From Callorhinchus milii (lineage: Eukaryota), in assembly GCF_018977255.1 (NCBI RefSeq), contig NW_024704742.1, positions 79,176,001 to 79,240,000 of the forward strand: a DNA stretch of 64,000 nt, in the 5' to 3' direction. Shown one piece after another: positions 11,590-22,970 of the stretch (the stretch's first letter is position 1; each line of letters begins with the position of its first letter). Below the pieces are notes generated by a model. It did not search any database. It was given only the letters and a program-made list of their open reading frames with translations, and was not told the DNA's origin. The position numbers and the translations under genes are program-made.

Positions 11590-13000
11590 CCACCACCTGC
11601 TCCCTTGACCCCATCCCCACTCCACTCCTTATCTCCCAGCTCCACCTCCTTGCCCCACATATCACAGACATCGTCAACCTGTCCCTCTCCTCTGGCTCTG
11701 TTCCCGTTCCCTTAAAACTGCCACCATCAATCCCAACTTGAAAAATCCCTCCCTTGATGCGTCGCAGCTATCAAGCTACCGGCCCATCTCCAACCTCCCC
11801 TTCCTCTCCAAGGTCTTGGAACGAGTTGTCGCCTCCCAACTGCACTCTTTCCTCTCCACCCATTCATTATTCAAACCCCTTCAGTCGGGTTTCCGTGCTG
11901 CCCATAGCACAGAAACTGCCCTGGTCAAGGTCACCAATGACATCCTGACCATCTGTGACCAGGGCTCCCTCTGCCTCCTCGACCTATCGGCAGCATTCGA
12001 TACGGTCGACCACGCTATTCTCCTCCACCACTTGTCCTCCCACCTCAACCTTCGAGGCCCTGTCCTTGAGTGGTTTTGGTCGTACCTCTCCCACTGTCTT
12101 CACTTTGTTTCCACGATGGTGACATCATCCAGACATGGGGTTAACTTCCACATGTATGCGATGACACCCAACTCTACCTTTCTTCCTCTACCCTCAACTC
12201 CACGACCACCGATGTCCTGACAGCTGCCTGTCCGACATCGAGTCCTGGACGAGAGACAACTTTCTTCAGCTCAACGTGCGCAAAACTGAGGCCCTCCTGA
12301 TTGGCTCACGTCAGCGCCTCCGCACCTCAGGCGCTGACACCATCAGCATCCAAGGCTGCACTCTCCACCTCTCAAAGCCAGTCAGGAACCTCGGGGTTCT
12401 GTTCGACCCTGAGCTGTCCTTTCTCCCTCATATCCGCACCACAACTGGCACCGCCTTCCATCACCTCCGGAATGTCGCCAGACTACGGCACTACCTCACC
12501 CCTCACGCTGCTGAAACCCTGGTCCACGCCTTTATCACCTCAAGGCTGGACTATGGGAACTCTCTCCTCGCCGGCCTTCCCGCCACCTCCCTCCACAAGC
12601 TGCAGGTCATTCAGAAATCTGTAGCTCGTGTACTGTCCCGCACCAGGCTTCGGGACCACATCACTCCCACCCTCGCTCGCCTCCACTGGCTCCCCATCCC
12701 CCAGAGGATCGAATTCAAGATCCTCATCCTCACTTACAAGGCCATTCACGGCCTTGCTCCCTCCTCCTCTCTGACCTACTATCCCGCTATTTACCTGCCC
12801 GTATCCTCCGTTCCTCTGGCTCCGGTCTGCTCCACATCCCCCGCCCCAACTGCCCTACCATCGGTGGCCGGGCCTTCAGCCTCTCAGCTCTGGAACTCTA
12901 TCCCCCAGTGCCTTCGCATTGCCTCATCCCTTTCCTTCTTCAAGGCCGGTCTCAAGACCTTTTTCTTTGACTATGCCTTCAGCTCCCTTCTCGACTCTCT
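11590..13000 (+). pseudogene. L2 reverse transcriptase and C-terminal region, frameshifted, with internal deletion
   Basis: YRPISNLPFLSKVLE, QSGFRAAHSTETAL, LDLSAAFDTVDH, broken YADD (TATGCGATGAC), SRLDYGN, LHWLP. Confidence 0.92.
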
Positions 13001-13147
13001 ACCCCCTCCTCGCTCCCTCCCTTTCCTCCTCTCACCCTGACCATTTCCCCCCTGCTCGGGTCCTGACCCAACTGTACAGCGCCTTGGGACGTCCTCCCAA
13101 CGTGAAAGGCGCTCTATAAATGGAATCTTGTTGTTGTTGTTTTCAAA

Positions 13148-13380
13148 GAGCCAGCACAGACACGATGGGCTGAATGGCCTCCTTCTGTGCTGTATAGTTC
13201 TATGATTCCATTCCATTTTTCCTCATTTATGCATCATTTTCTCTTAAATATATTAATGCTTTTTGCTTCAACCATGGCTTCAGGTAGAGAACACATTCTC
13301 ACCACTCTCTGCCTTAAGATGTTCCTAAACTTCCTCTAGATCTACTATTAGCTGTCTTATATTTATACCCTCATTGGTTA
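13148..13380. mobile_element. CR1-type fragments: + strand 3' tail, then a minus-strand piece
   Basis: GATGGGCTGAATGGCCTCCTTCTGTGCTG...TTCTATGATTC is a typical CR1 3' end; CACATTCTCACCACTCTCTG is antisense CR1 ORF2 end. Confidence 0.65.
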
Positions 13381-13474
13381 GGATCTCTTCTCTTTCCCCT
13401 ACCCCCTCCAACAAGATATATCCCATTCATCAAATATATGTGCTTCCTATTATCATCTCTTTATCGCATTATCT

Positions 13475-13790
13475 TGGCACCTCCCTATCTCTCTGACCTC
13501 CTCACTCCCCATTGCACTAACCGGAGCCTCCGCTCGACTGGCACCGGCCTCCTTCTTGTCCCTCACCCACTCCGCTCCACCTTAGAGGTTGCGCATTCAG
13601 CTCCCCGAAACTCTGGAACACTCTCCCTCAATTCCCTCCCCTTTTTCAAGTTCTGCCTGAAAACCTTCCTTTTCAACTGTGCTTACAGTCACCCCATCCA
13701 CCCCCGGCTCGAATTCAGGCTCCATCACTGTCAAGCGCTCTGAGACCCTACCCTGCCTGAAGGGCGTTATATAAGTGCAAGTTGTTGTAT
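13475..13790 (+). mobile_element. L2 3' fragment, second L2 family
   Basis: LAPPYLSDLL...SLRS reading frame; tail GAAGGGCGTTATATAAGTGCAAGTTGTTG. Confidence 0.85.
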
Positions 13791-15726
13791 CTGCTCAGCA
13801 TATATTCCTATTCACTGCCAAAGAATTGGGACTGCGGTGAATTGGTCAGTGAAGGCCATCAAACAGATCAAGAGTGAAGTCTGCTGACTGCCAGTGATGA
13901 TTGTCCTCGGTTAATCTTACATGACTGCAGACCCATTCTGTTGTAGTCTGCAGTAGTGAAAGCACATGCATAGGACACATAATATTTCTGCTTGTGTATC
14001 ACTTGTGTATGTGTTGCGATTTTGCAGATGTACTGAGAACCACACCCAATTGGACCGTCAATCCTTTAAGTAAAGGCTACATTGGTTAGACTGCTGCCCT
14101 TCTCAGCATCTCCACCCGGCCAGAATTTTTAGCTTATTCTTGGCCTCAAGTAGGTATAAAGTGCTGTGTCTCAAAGAGTTAAACCTTGTCCAACCTGTTT
14201 ACTGTCAAGGAAATAAATGTGTACCTTTATATTAGTACAATCCTCTGAGTGTAAACCTTGTAAGATAGAAATTTCACCTGAATCTAGGTTTACTCAAATG
14301 CTCTGGGATGCTACCCAGTGTGAAGGGCGCTATATAAATGCCAGTTGTTATTCTTGTTGTTGTCTATTTTTTAGCATTTCATATTACAGAACTTGGCATA
14401 TTCCTGAATTTAAGTTTAATTTTTAAATTAGGTTTTCTATGAGATCTTTTATGAAAACTACAGAAAAATGGCTTCAAATTTAAGATGGAATTTAATAATA
14501 TGATGAATTCCACACCCTCTAAATTGCTAAGAAAACAGAGTAAATCTAGACCTAGCTCGTGGACATTCTGCCTCCACATGAATAACATAGTATTGACAGT
14601 GTTGCTACTAGGGGACCCACACCTGCTCAGCATACATGCCAATTCACTTCTGAGACTGTGGTGAAATGGTCAGCGAAGGCCATGAATAAATAACCTCATA
14701 AGTTTTGCTGTTCCTGCTGGTTCTGTGTGAAAATTTGACAAGGGCCAACTCCACATCACCGGCAGCTTGAGGCCTGCAGGGACACTCTCATTTGAAGCAG
14801 CTCCGCAATACCCTGCAATATCAACAATTAAGCAATTAAACACACTGTCAAAAATTGTGTCTATTCAGCTTTGTTCACAAGATACGTGACACTGGATGCT
14901 GCTCACAGCTGCTTCTGCAATTGCTTTCGGCAGCCCACGAAATCTGACTGGAAAGCTAAAAAAGGTCGCTTTAAAACATATCACATGTATTGGTTTATTA
15001 GAGCAAATATAATAAGATTTAACATCAGCTGTAGAAGCGGTCATATCATTATGATATCATTATCAAAGGAAGAAAATTGATGTCAAATCTAACTTCTCCC
15101 CAACACACATTATATCTTCTAATCACTGCATCATAAAAGAAAGTCTTTGCTAGAATGAATACAGAGGTGATGGAATATATGTATCTATACAAGGCTTTAA
15201 TTTCATAGCGAATCAAAACCCAAGGGGTATTTCTTTCATGGTGCTTGAAATTAGCAGTCAGTGCCTAGTAGTCGTGGGTAGTAGCTCTCTATCTTCAAAA
15301 GGGAGACAAGTAAAGTATTAGTTCTGTGTCAGTGGGGATCAACATTAAATTGCAGATCTTTACATTTTTAAACACACTCAACTTAGGGAAGGCCTTGCTC
15401 AAGCACATTTTAAATGGTTTCAAAAGCACAGTTGAGTAAATGCAAGTATATGGAGCTTTGACTTGTGTCTTTTTTATTTTTCAATATAGATTTAGATTAT
15501 GGGACTCATCTGACCTATTTTTGGGGCACTGGTGCAAAACCTATTTCGGTATCCATTAAGCGAAAGCACTTTTCCCTCAGAAAATAGCAGTGGCATTTTG
15601 GAGGTAGAGTGTTTAGAATGAGATCATGCTTGAAGCTTGTTTTCTGTGTAGTGTTTCTGAACCTTGCTGAAAGGTATCTGGAGACAGGCTGTCTCTCTGG
15701 GCTGATGTTTATAGCTGATACACTGT

Positions 15727-16420
15727 GGAGTCCAGTAGCATAGTGGTTAGAGCACTCATCTCACAAGCGAGAAGACCTGGGTTTGATTCCCAGTGGGGCA
15801 AAATATTAGGCAAGTTTCCTTATTCCACGCGCCTCTGTTTACCTAGCAGTAAGTAGGAGCTTGGTTGTTAGCCAATTAGCGGATTGCTTTCTGGGCGTAA
15901 TAATCCCTTTTTTAAAAAAATTATTTGGTCATTCAATTCAACCTCTGCAACTTTCTAACCCCTTACAATCCTTCCCACTCCCTCCGCTCAGCAGGCTCCA
16001 GCCTGCTTCAAGTCCCCTGCCTTGCCTGCCCCACTATTGGCGGGCTGGCCTTCTGCCACTCTGCCCCCACCCTCTGGAAATCCATTCCGCAGTCCCTCTG
16101 CCTCGGCTCCTCCCTTGGCTCCTTCAAGACCGTGATTTCGATCACCCTGCTTCCCCACCTACCTTCTACCCTCCCCGATCCCGACTCCAACTCGGGTCTG
16201 TAACTCTGTCTGTCCAATGCCTTGGGGCGTCCTCCCAACATGAAAGGCGCTATACAAATGTAATTTTGTTGTTGTTGCTGTTGTTTGTGGGACACTGCTG
16301 TACGCAATTGGCTGCTTCATTTCGCTCAAATAATATATGGTCTTTGCAGTATAATCTGTGTAGTACTTTCAGGCTTCTCAATGACATAAGGCATAATATC
16401 AAATGCAAAGATTATTGTTA
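15727..16420 (+). mobile_element. Long-form tRNA SINE interrupted by an L2 3' fragment (about 15943-16284)
   Basis: SINE head 15727-15940, L2 tail ending (TTG)n, SINE resumes at TGTTTGTGGGACACTGCTG. Confidence 0.88.
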
Positions 16421-16922
16421 TAAGAAAATGTTAACAGATAAAAATTGCGATATTCCATTGGAAACATACTACAATATAAACCATGCCTTAAGAAGATAAA
16501 ATCCCTTCCTTCAGATCCATGTTATAACTAGTGGTCTAATCTACTAAGAAATAATATTCCTTGCATTTGCTATAAACCTTGCACTATATTGTCTCAAAGT
16601 ACTTTGCAGGATTCTCAGTAAAGTGCAGTGACTGTGTATTTTTTTAAAGATGAACCAAAGCAGCCAATTTGCAGACAACGATAAACCACAAACAGCCATG
16701 AAACAAATGACCTGGTTGCACTGGTGAATCCCGTGAGATGTCTTCCTGATGCAATATCAATTTTCACCCTGTTAGCAATTTATCAGCCTAGACCAGATCA
16801 TGGATCTGAAGGAAGGATTTTATCTTCTTAAGGAATTGTCTATATTGTAGTATGTTTCCAATGGAATATCATAATTTTCACCTGTTAATATTTTCTTATA
16901 ACAATAATCTTTGCATTTGATA
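16397..16922. repeat. Inverted duplication, arms 16397-16521 and 16799-16922
   Basis: The arms are reverse complements with few mismatches; both translate to IKCKDYCYKK.LT..N.DIPLETYYNI in the ORF track. Confidence 0.95.
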
Positions 16923-17019
16923 AAGGTACAGAACTTTTCAGCCCCAAAACACAGAATAGACCTGCCAACAGTGGTTTGAAATGCTTTGAAAACACCACCC
17001 ATAAAATAAGCTTCAAAGT

Positions 17020-17250
17020 GATGTTAGCTGGTTAAAGTAGCTGTATCCCAAAGCAAATTGGTCCCCAGGTCTTGGCTTTAACCTTCGCCTTTTACTCTTG
17101 GAAATTCGGTAAGCAGGGTGCATCCTTCCAGAGAGAGAGTACCCATTCCATTACATTCCAGACACAGGGACCTTTCTATGTGTAGGTGGCATATATATGT
17201 GGAACTCTGGTTTGGTTACTTTTAATCATAAGGATGGATTTCCGCATGTG
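17020..17250 (+). mobile_element. 3' UTR fragment of the RTE-group-like LINE family
   Basis: TTAGCTGGTTA...GGTAAGCAGGGTGC...CATTCCATT...GGATTTCCGCATGTG, collinear with the 30138-30640 copy. Confidence 0.65.
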
Positions 17251-17299
17251 AAATTGATCATTCACTTCATTGTGGAATTCCGCGTGTAAAATTGATCTT

Positions 17300-17610
17300 C
17301 CAGTTTATTTTTGTTCAACAAGTTGACCAAAAATAAACTGAATGATGAATTTTATCTGGGGGATCTATGGCCAAGACACGAGGAGAAACTCCCTTCCTTT
17401 TATGAAATAGGACCAGGGGATCTTTAATGTCCAATGGACAGACAGATGGGTTGCCGTTTAATGTCTCAGCTGAAGGACGGCATCTCCAACAATGCAGCAC
17501 ATCCCTAGCACTGCAATGGAGTATCAACTTTGACTTTCTGAGTTTGGAGTCCCAACATGGAGCTTGAATCCACAGCCTTATGACTCAGAGGCAAGAGTCA
17601 GACTGACACA
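17300..17610 (-). mobile_element. DeuSINE-type element
   Basis: GGGATCTTTAATGTCCA...TTTAATGTCTCAGCTGAAGGACGGCATCTCC...TGACTCAGAGGCAAGAG. Confidence 0.85.
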
Positions 17611-18309
17611 AACATCTTGTAAGAATTGGATTAAAAAAGTGCCTTATTGGGGGTGTGGGTGGTGGGGGATCGGAGGGGCAGAATATGGGGAAACTGCAGT
17701 ATTCTGTAAACGAGTAAACAGACTCAGTATTTTTACAATGTAGATCAAATGGATCAGTCAACTTCCTTAAACACTAGAGAGCTATTCAGCTAATGAACTG
17801 GAATAGCATTTTGCTCAAGCATGTCAAATATACCCTGTTAACTCAGTGCTTGACCTAGTTGTCTAAATTTGTCTAATTTGTTCACATTTATTGGGCAAGC
17901 AGGTGAAGCATTAAGGATTAAAGAAAAGAGCATCATGTAAAGTAAAGCATCTAAATTAGCATCAAGAGGTAAAGTGTCTAGAAACTCCCCAAAGCACCTG
18001 TCCCTCTTTTATATTATACAAAAAGATGGAATAATATATATATATATTCTATACACAGTGGAAGCCCTTTAAATTGGACAAAATGCCAGCCCTGATAATT
18101 TGTATTCTTACCTGTTTTGAATATGCCGGTTAATCTGGACAAAATGATATGATGGTCGCCCCTGCAGCTACGCACGCGCGGCTTGTGTGTCTCTAGCAGC
18201 TCCATTCAACCACGAGCGGCTCCGAGATGGAGATGCAAAGAGTCAAAATGTGATTAATTGACAGTGGACTCCAGCCATTCATAAACAGCTCCGGGCTGTC
18301 AATCAGCGG

Positions 18310-18570
18310 CCGGGTTTCAGCCTCTCTGCCCCCACTCTTTGGAACTCTGTCCCACAATCCCTTTGCCATGCTCCCTGTCTTGCCTTCTTCAAGGCACAAC
18401 CTAAGACCCTCCTTTTTGACCGTGCCTTCAGCCGCCCTCCTACCCCTTCTGCCCTCCCTCAACCCAACCCTGCCCCCACATGCTCGGGTCCTGATCCCTG
18501 ATTGTTCAGTGCCTTGGGATGTCCTCCCGATATGAAAAGCGCTTCACAAATGAAATTTTGTTGTGTTGTA
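18310..18570 (+). mobile_element. L2 3' fragment
   Basis: TTCAGCCTCTCTGCCCCCACTCTTTGGAACTC...GGGATGTCCTCCCGATATGAAAAGCGC; same subfamily as 49367. Confidence 0.88.
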
Positions 18571-18574
18571 AAGA

Positions 18575-18748
18575 GAATTGGCTTATATTTTGTGGGCAAA
18601 ATACTGCAATTGAGCACAGCAGTGTCCCACAAACAGTAATGGATTCAGTGACCAAATTACCCCCAGAAATGAGATTGACTGACAACAAGGTTCCTACTTA
18701 CTGCTAGGTAAACAGGCGTATGGAGTAAGGAAACTTGCCTAACATTTC
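18575..18748 (-). mobile_element. Long-form tRNA SINE, internal fragment
   Basis: CCTACTTACTGCTAGGTAAACAGGCG...GGAGTAAGGAAACTTGCC. Confidence 0.8.
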
Positions 18749-18791
18749 TCCCTGCCTGCAATATATATAGGTGTTGTAATGTGATACTGAA

Positions 18792-18945
18792 TTTTGGTCA
18801 GCTGTGTGTCTGACACATGCATCAACCCATTACCATGCGTAAGAATATACCAACCAGACAGAGAGTTCCACATATGTAATGACACCACACATGGACATTT
18901 CCCTGTTTCTGGAATGGAATGTCCACTCTCTCTCACACGGGAGAC
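18792..18945 (-). mobile_element. 3' terminus of the RTE-group-like LINE family
   Basis: Minus strand ends ATGGGTTGATGCATGTGTCAGACACACAGCTGACCAAAA. Confidence 0.7.
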
Positions 18946-19217
18946 AAAATGAAAGTCATTCTTGCTGGTTCATATCAATGCAACTTTGCTTTTGACATTC
19001 TTAACCTTCCTGACCCCACTCACTAAAACTGACTGAATTCGCAACCTTGGCATTGGGTTCAAACCTCAGCTCTTCACGTCTGATCCCTGATCCAAACCGT
19101 TTTGTGCATCTTTGCCACAACGTCTCTCTCCCCCCCCTAAAACGAAGAATAAATTAAACACCTTGTGGCAGTCAATAAGCTTTCAACAAAGAATACCAGA
19201 AAAATCAACCAACACAT

Positions 19218-20762
19218 CTACAACAGCAACAAAATTACATTTGTATAGTGCCTTTCACATCAGTAGGATGTCCGAAGGTGCTAGACAGAGTTTTGGAAGC
19301 GAGCTGGGAGTTGGGATCAAGGAGGGTGCCGGGCAGGGGGAAAAAGGGGTGAAATCGAAACCACGGTCGAAGAGGAGATCTTGAGATGGGTCTTCAAGGA
19401 GGCAAGGGAGCAGGCGATGTGAAGGGACTACGGGATAGAGTTCCAGAGGGTGGGGACAGAGTGGCAGAAGGCCCGCCTGCCAATAGTGGGGTAAGTGAGG
19501 CAAGGGACGTGAAGCAGGCCAGAGCCTGCTGAGCAGAGGGAATGAGCAGGAGGGTAGGGGGGGTTAGGAGGTCGCAGATGTAGTGGGGTGCAAGACCATG
19601 AAGAACTTTGAAGGTGAGGACCAGAATCTTGAACTGTATCCTCTGTGTGATGGGAAGCCAGTGGAGTCGGGCGAGGATGGGATTGATAGGGTCTTGGAGC
19701 CTCGTGCGGCAGAGGACACAGGCTGCAGAGTTCCAGATGATCTGCAGCCTATGGACTGAGGAGTTGGGAAGGACGACAAGCAATGAGGTTGCATTGTCAA
19801 GCCTCGATGTAATGAAAGCACATATGAGGGTTTTGGCAGCCTGCGGTGTGAGACAGAAGTAGAGTCGGGCAATGTTATGGAGGTGGGGGAAAGCAGAGCG
19901 GGTCATGCTGCAGGTGTGGTAAAAAAAGGAAAGTTGAGTGTCAAACAAGACCCTAAGGTTCCAGACTGGCTTAGCAAGGTGAAGTGTGCAATCATGGATG
20001 GTGATGCTGTCAGTGCCTGAGGTGTGGAGGCGCTGATGGGAGCCAATCTGGAGAACCTCGGTCTTATTGACGTTCAACTGAAGAAAATTAGCTCTCATCC
20101 AGGACTTGATGTCTGACAGACATTCTGTCAGCACTGCAGTGGTCCTGGAGTCAAGGGTGGAGGCACAGATGTATAATTGGGTGTCATCCGCATACATGTG
20201 GAAGTTGACCCCATGTCCGAGGATGATGTCACCAAGAGGGAGCATATAGATATTGAAGAGGAGGGGACCAAGGACAGAGTCCTGAAGAATGCTACACGAA
20301 ACAGTGCGGGAGCTAGAGGAGAAACCATTTGTTGAGATGAAGTGGAGGTGGTGTGAAAGGTACGATCTGACCCAGTCAAGGACAGAGTCGTGAAGGTTGA
20401 GGTGAGAGGAGAGGCGGTGGATGAGGATAGAGATGTCTACGGTGTCTAAGGCATCAGAGAGGTCAAGGAGAACGAGGAGACAAAGGGATCCCTGGTCGCA
20501 GATGGACAGAATATCATTTGTCACTTTGACCAGGGCTGTTTCTGTGCTGTAGGCGGCACAGAAACCCGATTGGGGGCATTTGTGAAGGGAGTGGCTGGAG
20601 AGGAAGGAGCGAAGCTGGGAAGCAACAACTTGTTCCAGGACAATTGGAGATGAAAGGGAGGTTGGAGATGGGGCAGTAGTTTGGGAGTGCAGATGGGTCC
20701 AGGGAGGGTTTTTTAAGAATAGGAGTGATGACAGCAGTTTTAACAGTACTAGTGGACAGGGA
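19218..20762 (-). mobile_element. 5'-truncated L2 LINE with 376-aa open RT/C-terminal frame (19394-20524)
   Basis: LLDLSDALDTVD, QDSVLGPLLF, MYADDTQLY, SRLDN, LHWLP; L2 tail at 19218-19285. Confidence 0.95.
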
Positions 20763-21359
20763 GCTGATTTCTGGATCTAATCAGAAGCAGCCAATAAAGA
20801 CTGAACAAATACTTAAAACTTTTGTTTAATATCCTCGATTCAGAGATCTTTTTTGAATATTTATGCATGTAGAAAAATTCCCCATTGTATCTAAGATTTG
20901 TAATTTACACTTAGAGGTCAGAAGAACATGCACCAGCTAGAGGGCTAAAGATGCTGTGGATTACTCCCAGCACCACTTTGAATCTCTCCTTTAACTCCAA
21001 ACACGTGCAGGTTCCTCAGAACTGAGAAAGATAAATCATAAACTACTTTGTGATGTGAAGTTGTGTCTGTTGGGAGCTGGACTGAAGTTGCCTGAATTCA
21101 TTTTCCTCGTGCCCTTTTAACACTTCTCAAAGTAGAGACAATCCCGGTCACTAATCCATTTAACCTAAATTTGAAACCATTGCCCCGAGAGTGTTGCTGC
21201 CAAAGACAAGTTTTTAACATCTACTTTTTGTACTAAACGTCAGAGAGCTACTTGCTTTTGCCTTTCTGGGACCAGCAACTCATCAAGTGAGAACTTGGAA
21301 ATAGCCCCTCAACAAAATCATTGACGCATGATTTATACTTTCCTGGGTATATTACACAA

Positions 21360-21665
21360 TCTGCCTCAATCCTTCCCTCTGTCCTCATTGTCTCACCTCA
21401 ATCTTCACGGCTCTGACCTTGACTAGTTCAGATCGTACCTCTCACACCACCTGCACTGCATCTCCACAAGCAGCTTCTCTAGCTTTTCAAAAGATTATCA
21501 AAAGCTTTCAAAGATTTCAATCTCCCTGCTTCCCCCTTGCTCTCCACCATCCCCGATCCCGACCCCCAGCTCAGGTTTGTAACGCTGTCCAGTGCCTTGG
21601 GATGTCCTCCCGACGTGAAAGGCGCTTCACAAATGTAATTTTGTTGTTGTTGTTGTTGTTGTTGT
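21360..21665 (+). mobile_element. Internally deleted L2 (RT scrap + 3' end)
   Basis: TCTCACCTCAATCTTCACGGCTCTG...TTCAGATCGTACCTCTC, then tail GGGATGTCCTCCCGACGTGAAAGGCGC...(TTG)n. Confidence 0.8.
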
Positions 21666-22057
21666 ACCCACTTTGCCCATCTTCAGATCTTCGACCTCGC
21701 CTACAGTTACTTGCCCTTCTCACCCTGGCTGAGCGTCAAGCTCCGCCATTATCAAGCACTGCAAAAATCTACCCTGTGTAAAGAAAATGATATTAATACA
21801 AGTTGTTTTTGTTGTTGTTGTTGCATTTATATAGCCCCTTGTACAAACTAGTGTTCTAGAGCACTTTGAGGAATCAGCAATGAGCAATATACGGCAACAT
21901 AATGGAGCAAAAACATTTATGTCGGTGACACCTGGAACAGGACTCAAATAAAATCGAAATGTTTTTACCGTTCCCAAACTCCATATGTTTTAACTATATA
22001 TCACACTCTGCCTTGTTTCCTTTATAAATGATGCTACATGGCAACATGTGCCAATCA

Positions 22058-22128
22058 TTTTACACTGTGCTCTGTGAAGCGCTTTGGGACATACTCCCGA
22101 CGTGAAAAGCGCTATATCAAATGCAAGG

Positions 22129-22181
<53 letters not shown>
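22058..22181 (+). mobile_element. Young SINE 3' end with long (TTA)n tail
   Basis: CTGTGAAGCGCTTTGGGACATACTCCCGACGTGAAAAGCGC followed by about 17 TAT units. Confidence 0.9.
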
Positions 22182-22183
<2 letters not shown>

Positions 22184-22299
22184 GCTGCATAATTGTGGCA
22201 CTCCATGCGGATACAGCATCTGGCTATCCAGAATATCATCATCAGTCTCCATAAAATCAGTTACAAGCCATCCATTTAGTGTATCAGCCTGGTTCAGTC

Positions 22300-22970
22300 G
22301 GTATTGCTCTTGCTGCTGAGTCAGGCTCAGGTTTGAACTTGGAACTCACGTAATTTAGGCTGACACTCCAATACATAGTTGAAGATGCCATTTTCGAACA
22401 TTAAAACAAAGCCCTGCCTGATCTGTCAGGTAAATGTTAAATATTCCATCGAAAAGAGAAAGGTGTTTCTCCCAGTGTCTTGGCCAACAATAACCAAATA
22501 ATAATGGGCATTTATTTAATGACTGTTTGCTGCAATCACCTACAAAATATAGTCACAACATTTTACAGTAGATCCTGTGAAGTGCTTTGAGACATCCGCC
22601 TCACATGAAAATAATAATAATAATAATCTTTCTATTTAGTATAGTGCTTTTTACGTCAGGAAAACATTCCAAAATGCTTCACAGGGTATTCTGTAAAGTG
22701 TAATGACTGTGTTTTGGGTGAATGTGGCATCCAATTTGCACATAGTAATGTCCCATAAACAGCCATGAAGTAAGTGACCAATTTTATTTGGAGGAATTGT
22801 TCTCTAGGACAGCAGAATGTGCGCAATTGACAGCCAAGTTTCGCCCACAAAATGTACAGTCAATTCACTTTACAGTTTATTCTGTCAAGCTCTTTGAGAC
22901 ATCTCGAAGATGTGATAAGTGCTATATCAAATGCAATGATTATTATTATTACTGTCCTAATGCTAACAAA
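22300..22970. mobile_element. Cluster of decayed DeuSINE/SINE pieces in both orientations
   Basis: AGGCTGACACTCC and CCCAGTGTCTTGGCCAACA (+), SINE tail (-) 22610-22790, SINE 3' half (+) 22815-22952. Confidence 0.7.

Larger units (their letters stand above)
9583..13141 (+). mobile_element. Near-full-length L2-clade LINE (single ORF, APE + RT), disrupted
   Basis: GC-rich putative 5' UTR, APE and RT motifs across frameshifted ORFs, 3' tail GGGACGTCCTCCCAACGTGAAAGGCGCTCTATAAATGGAATC(TTG)n. The exact 5' boundary is inferred. Confidence 0.93.

Noticed and set aside
19394..20524. Domesticated or active reverse transcriptase gene
   Set aside because: 5'-truncated, conserved motifs degraded (DALD for AAFD, QDS for QGS), standard L2 tail, and no evidence of selection.
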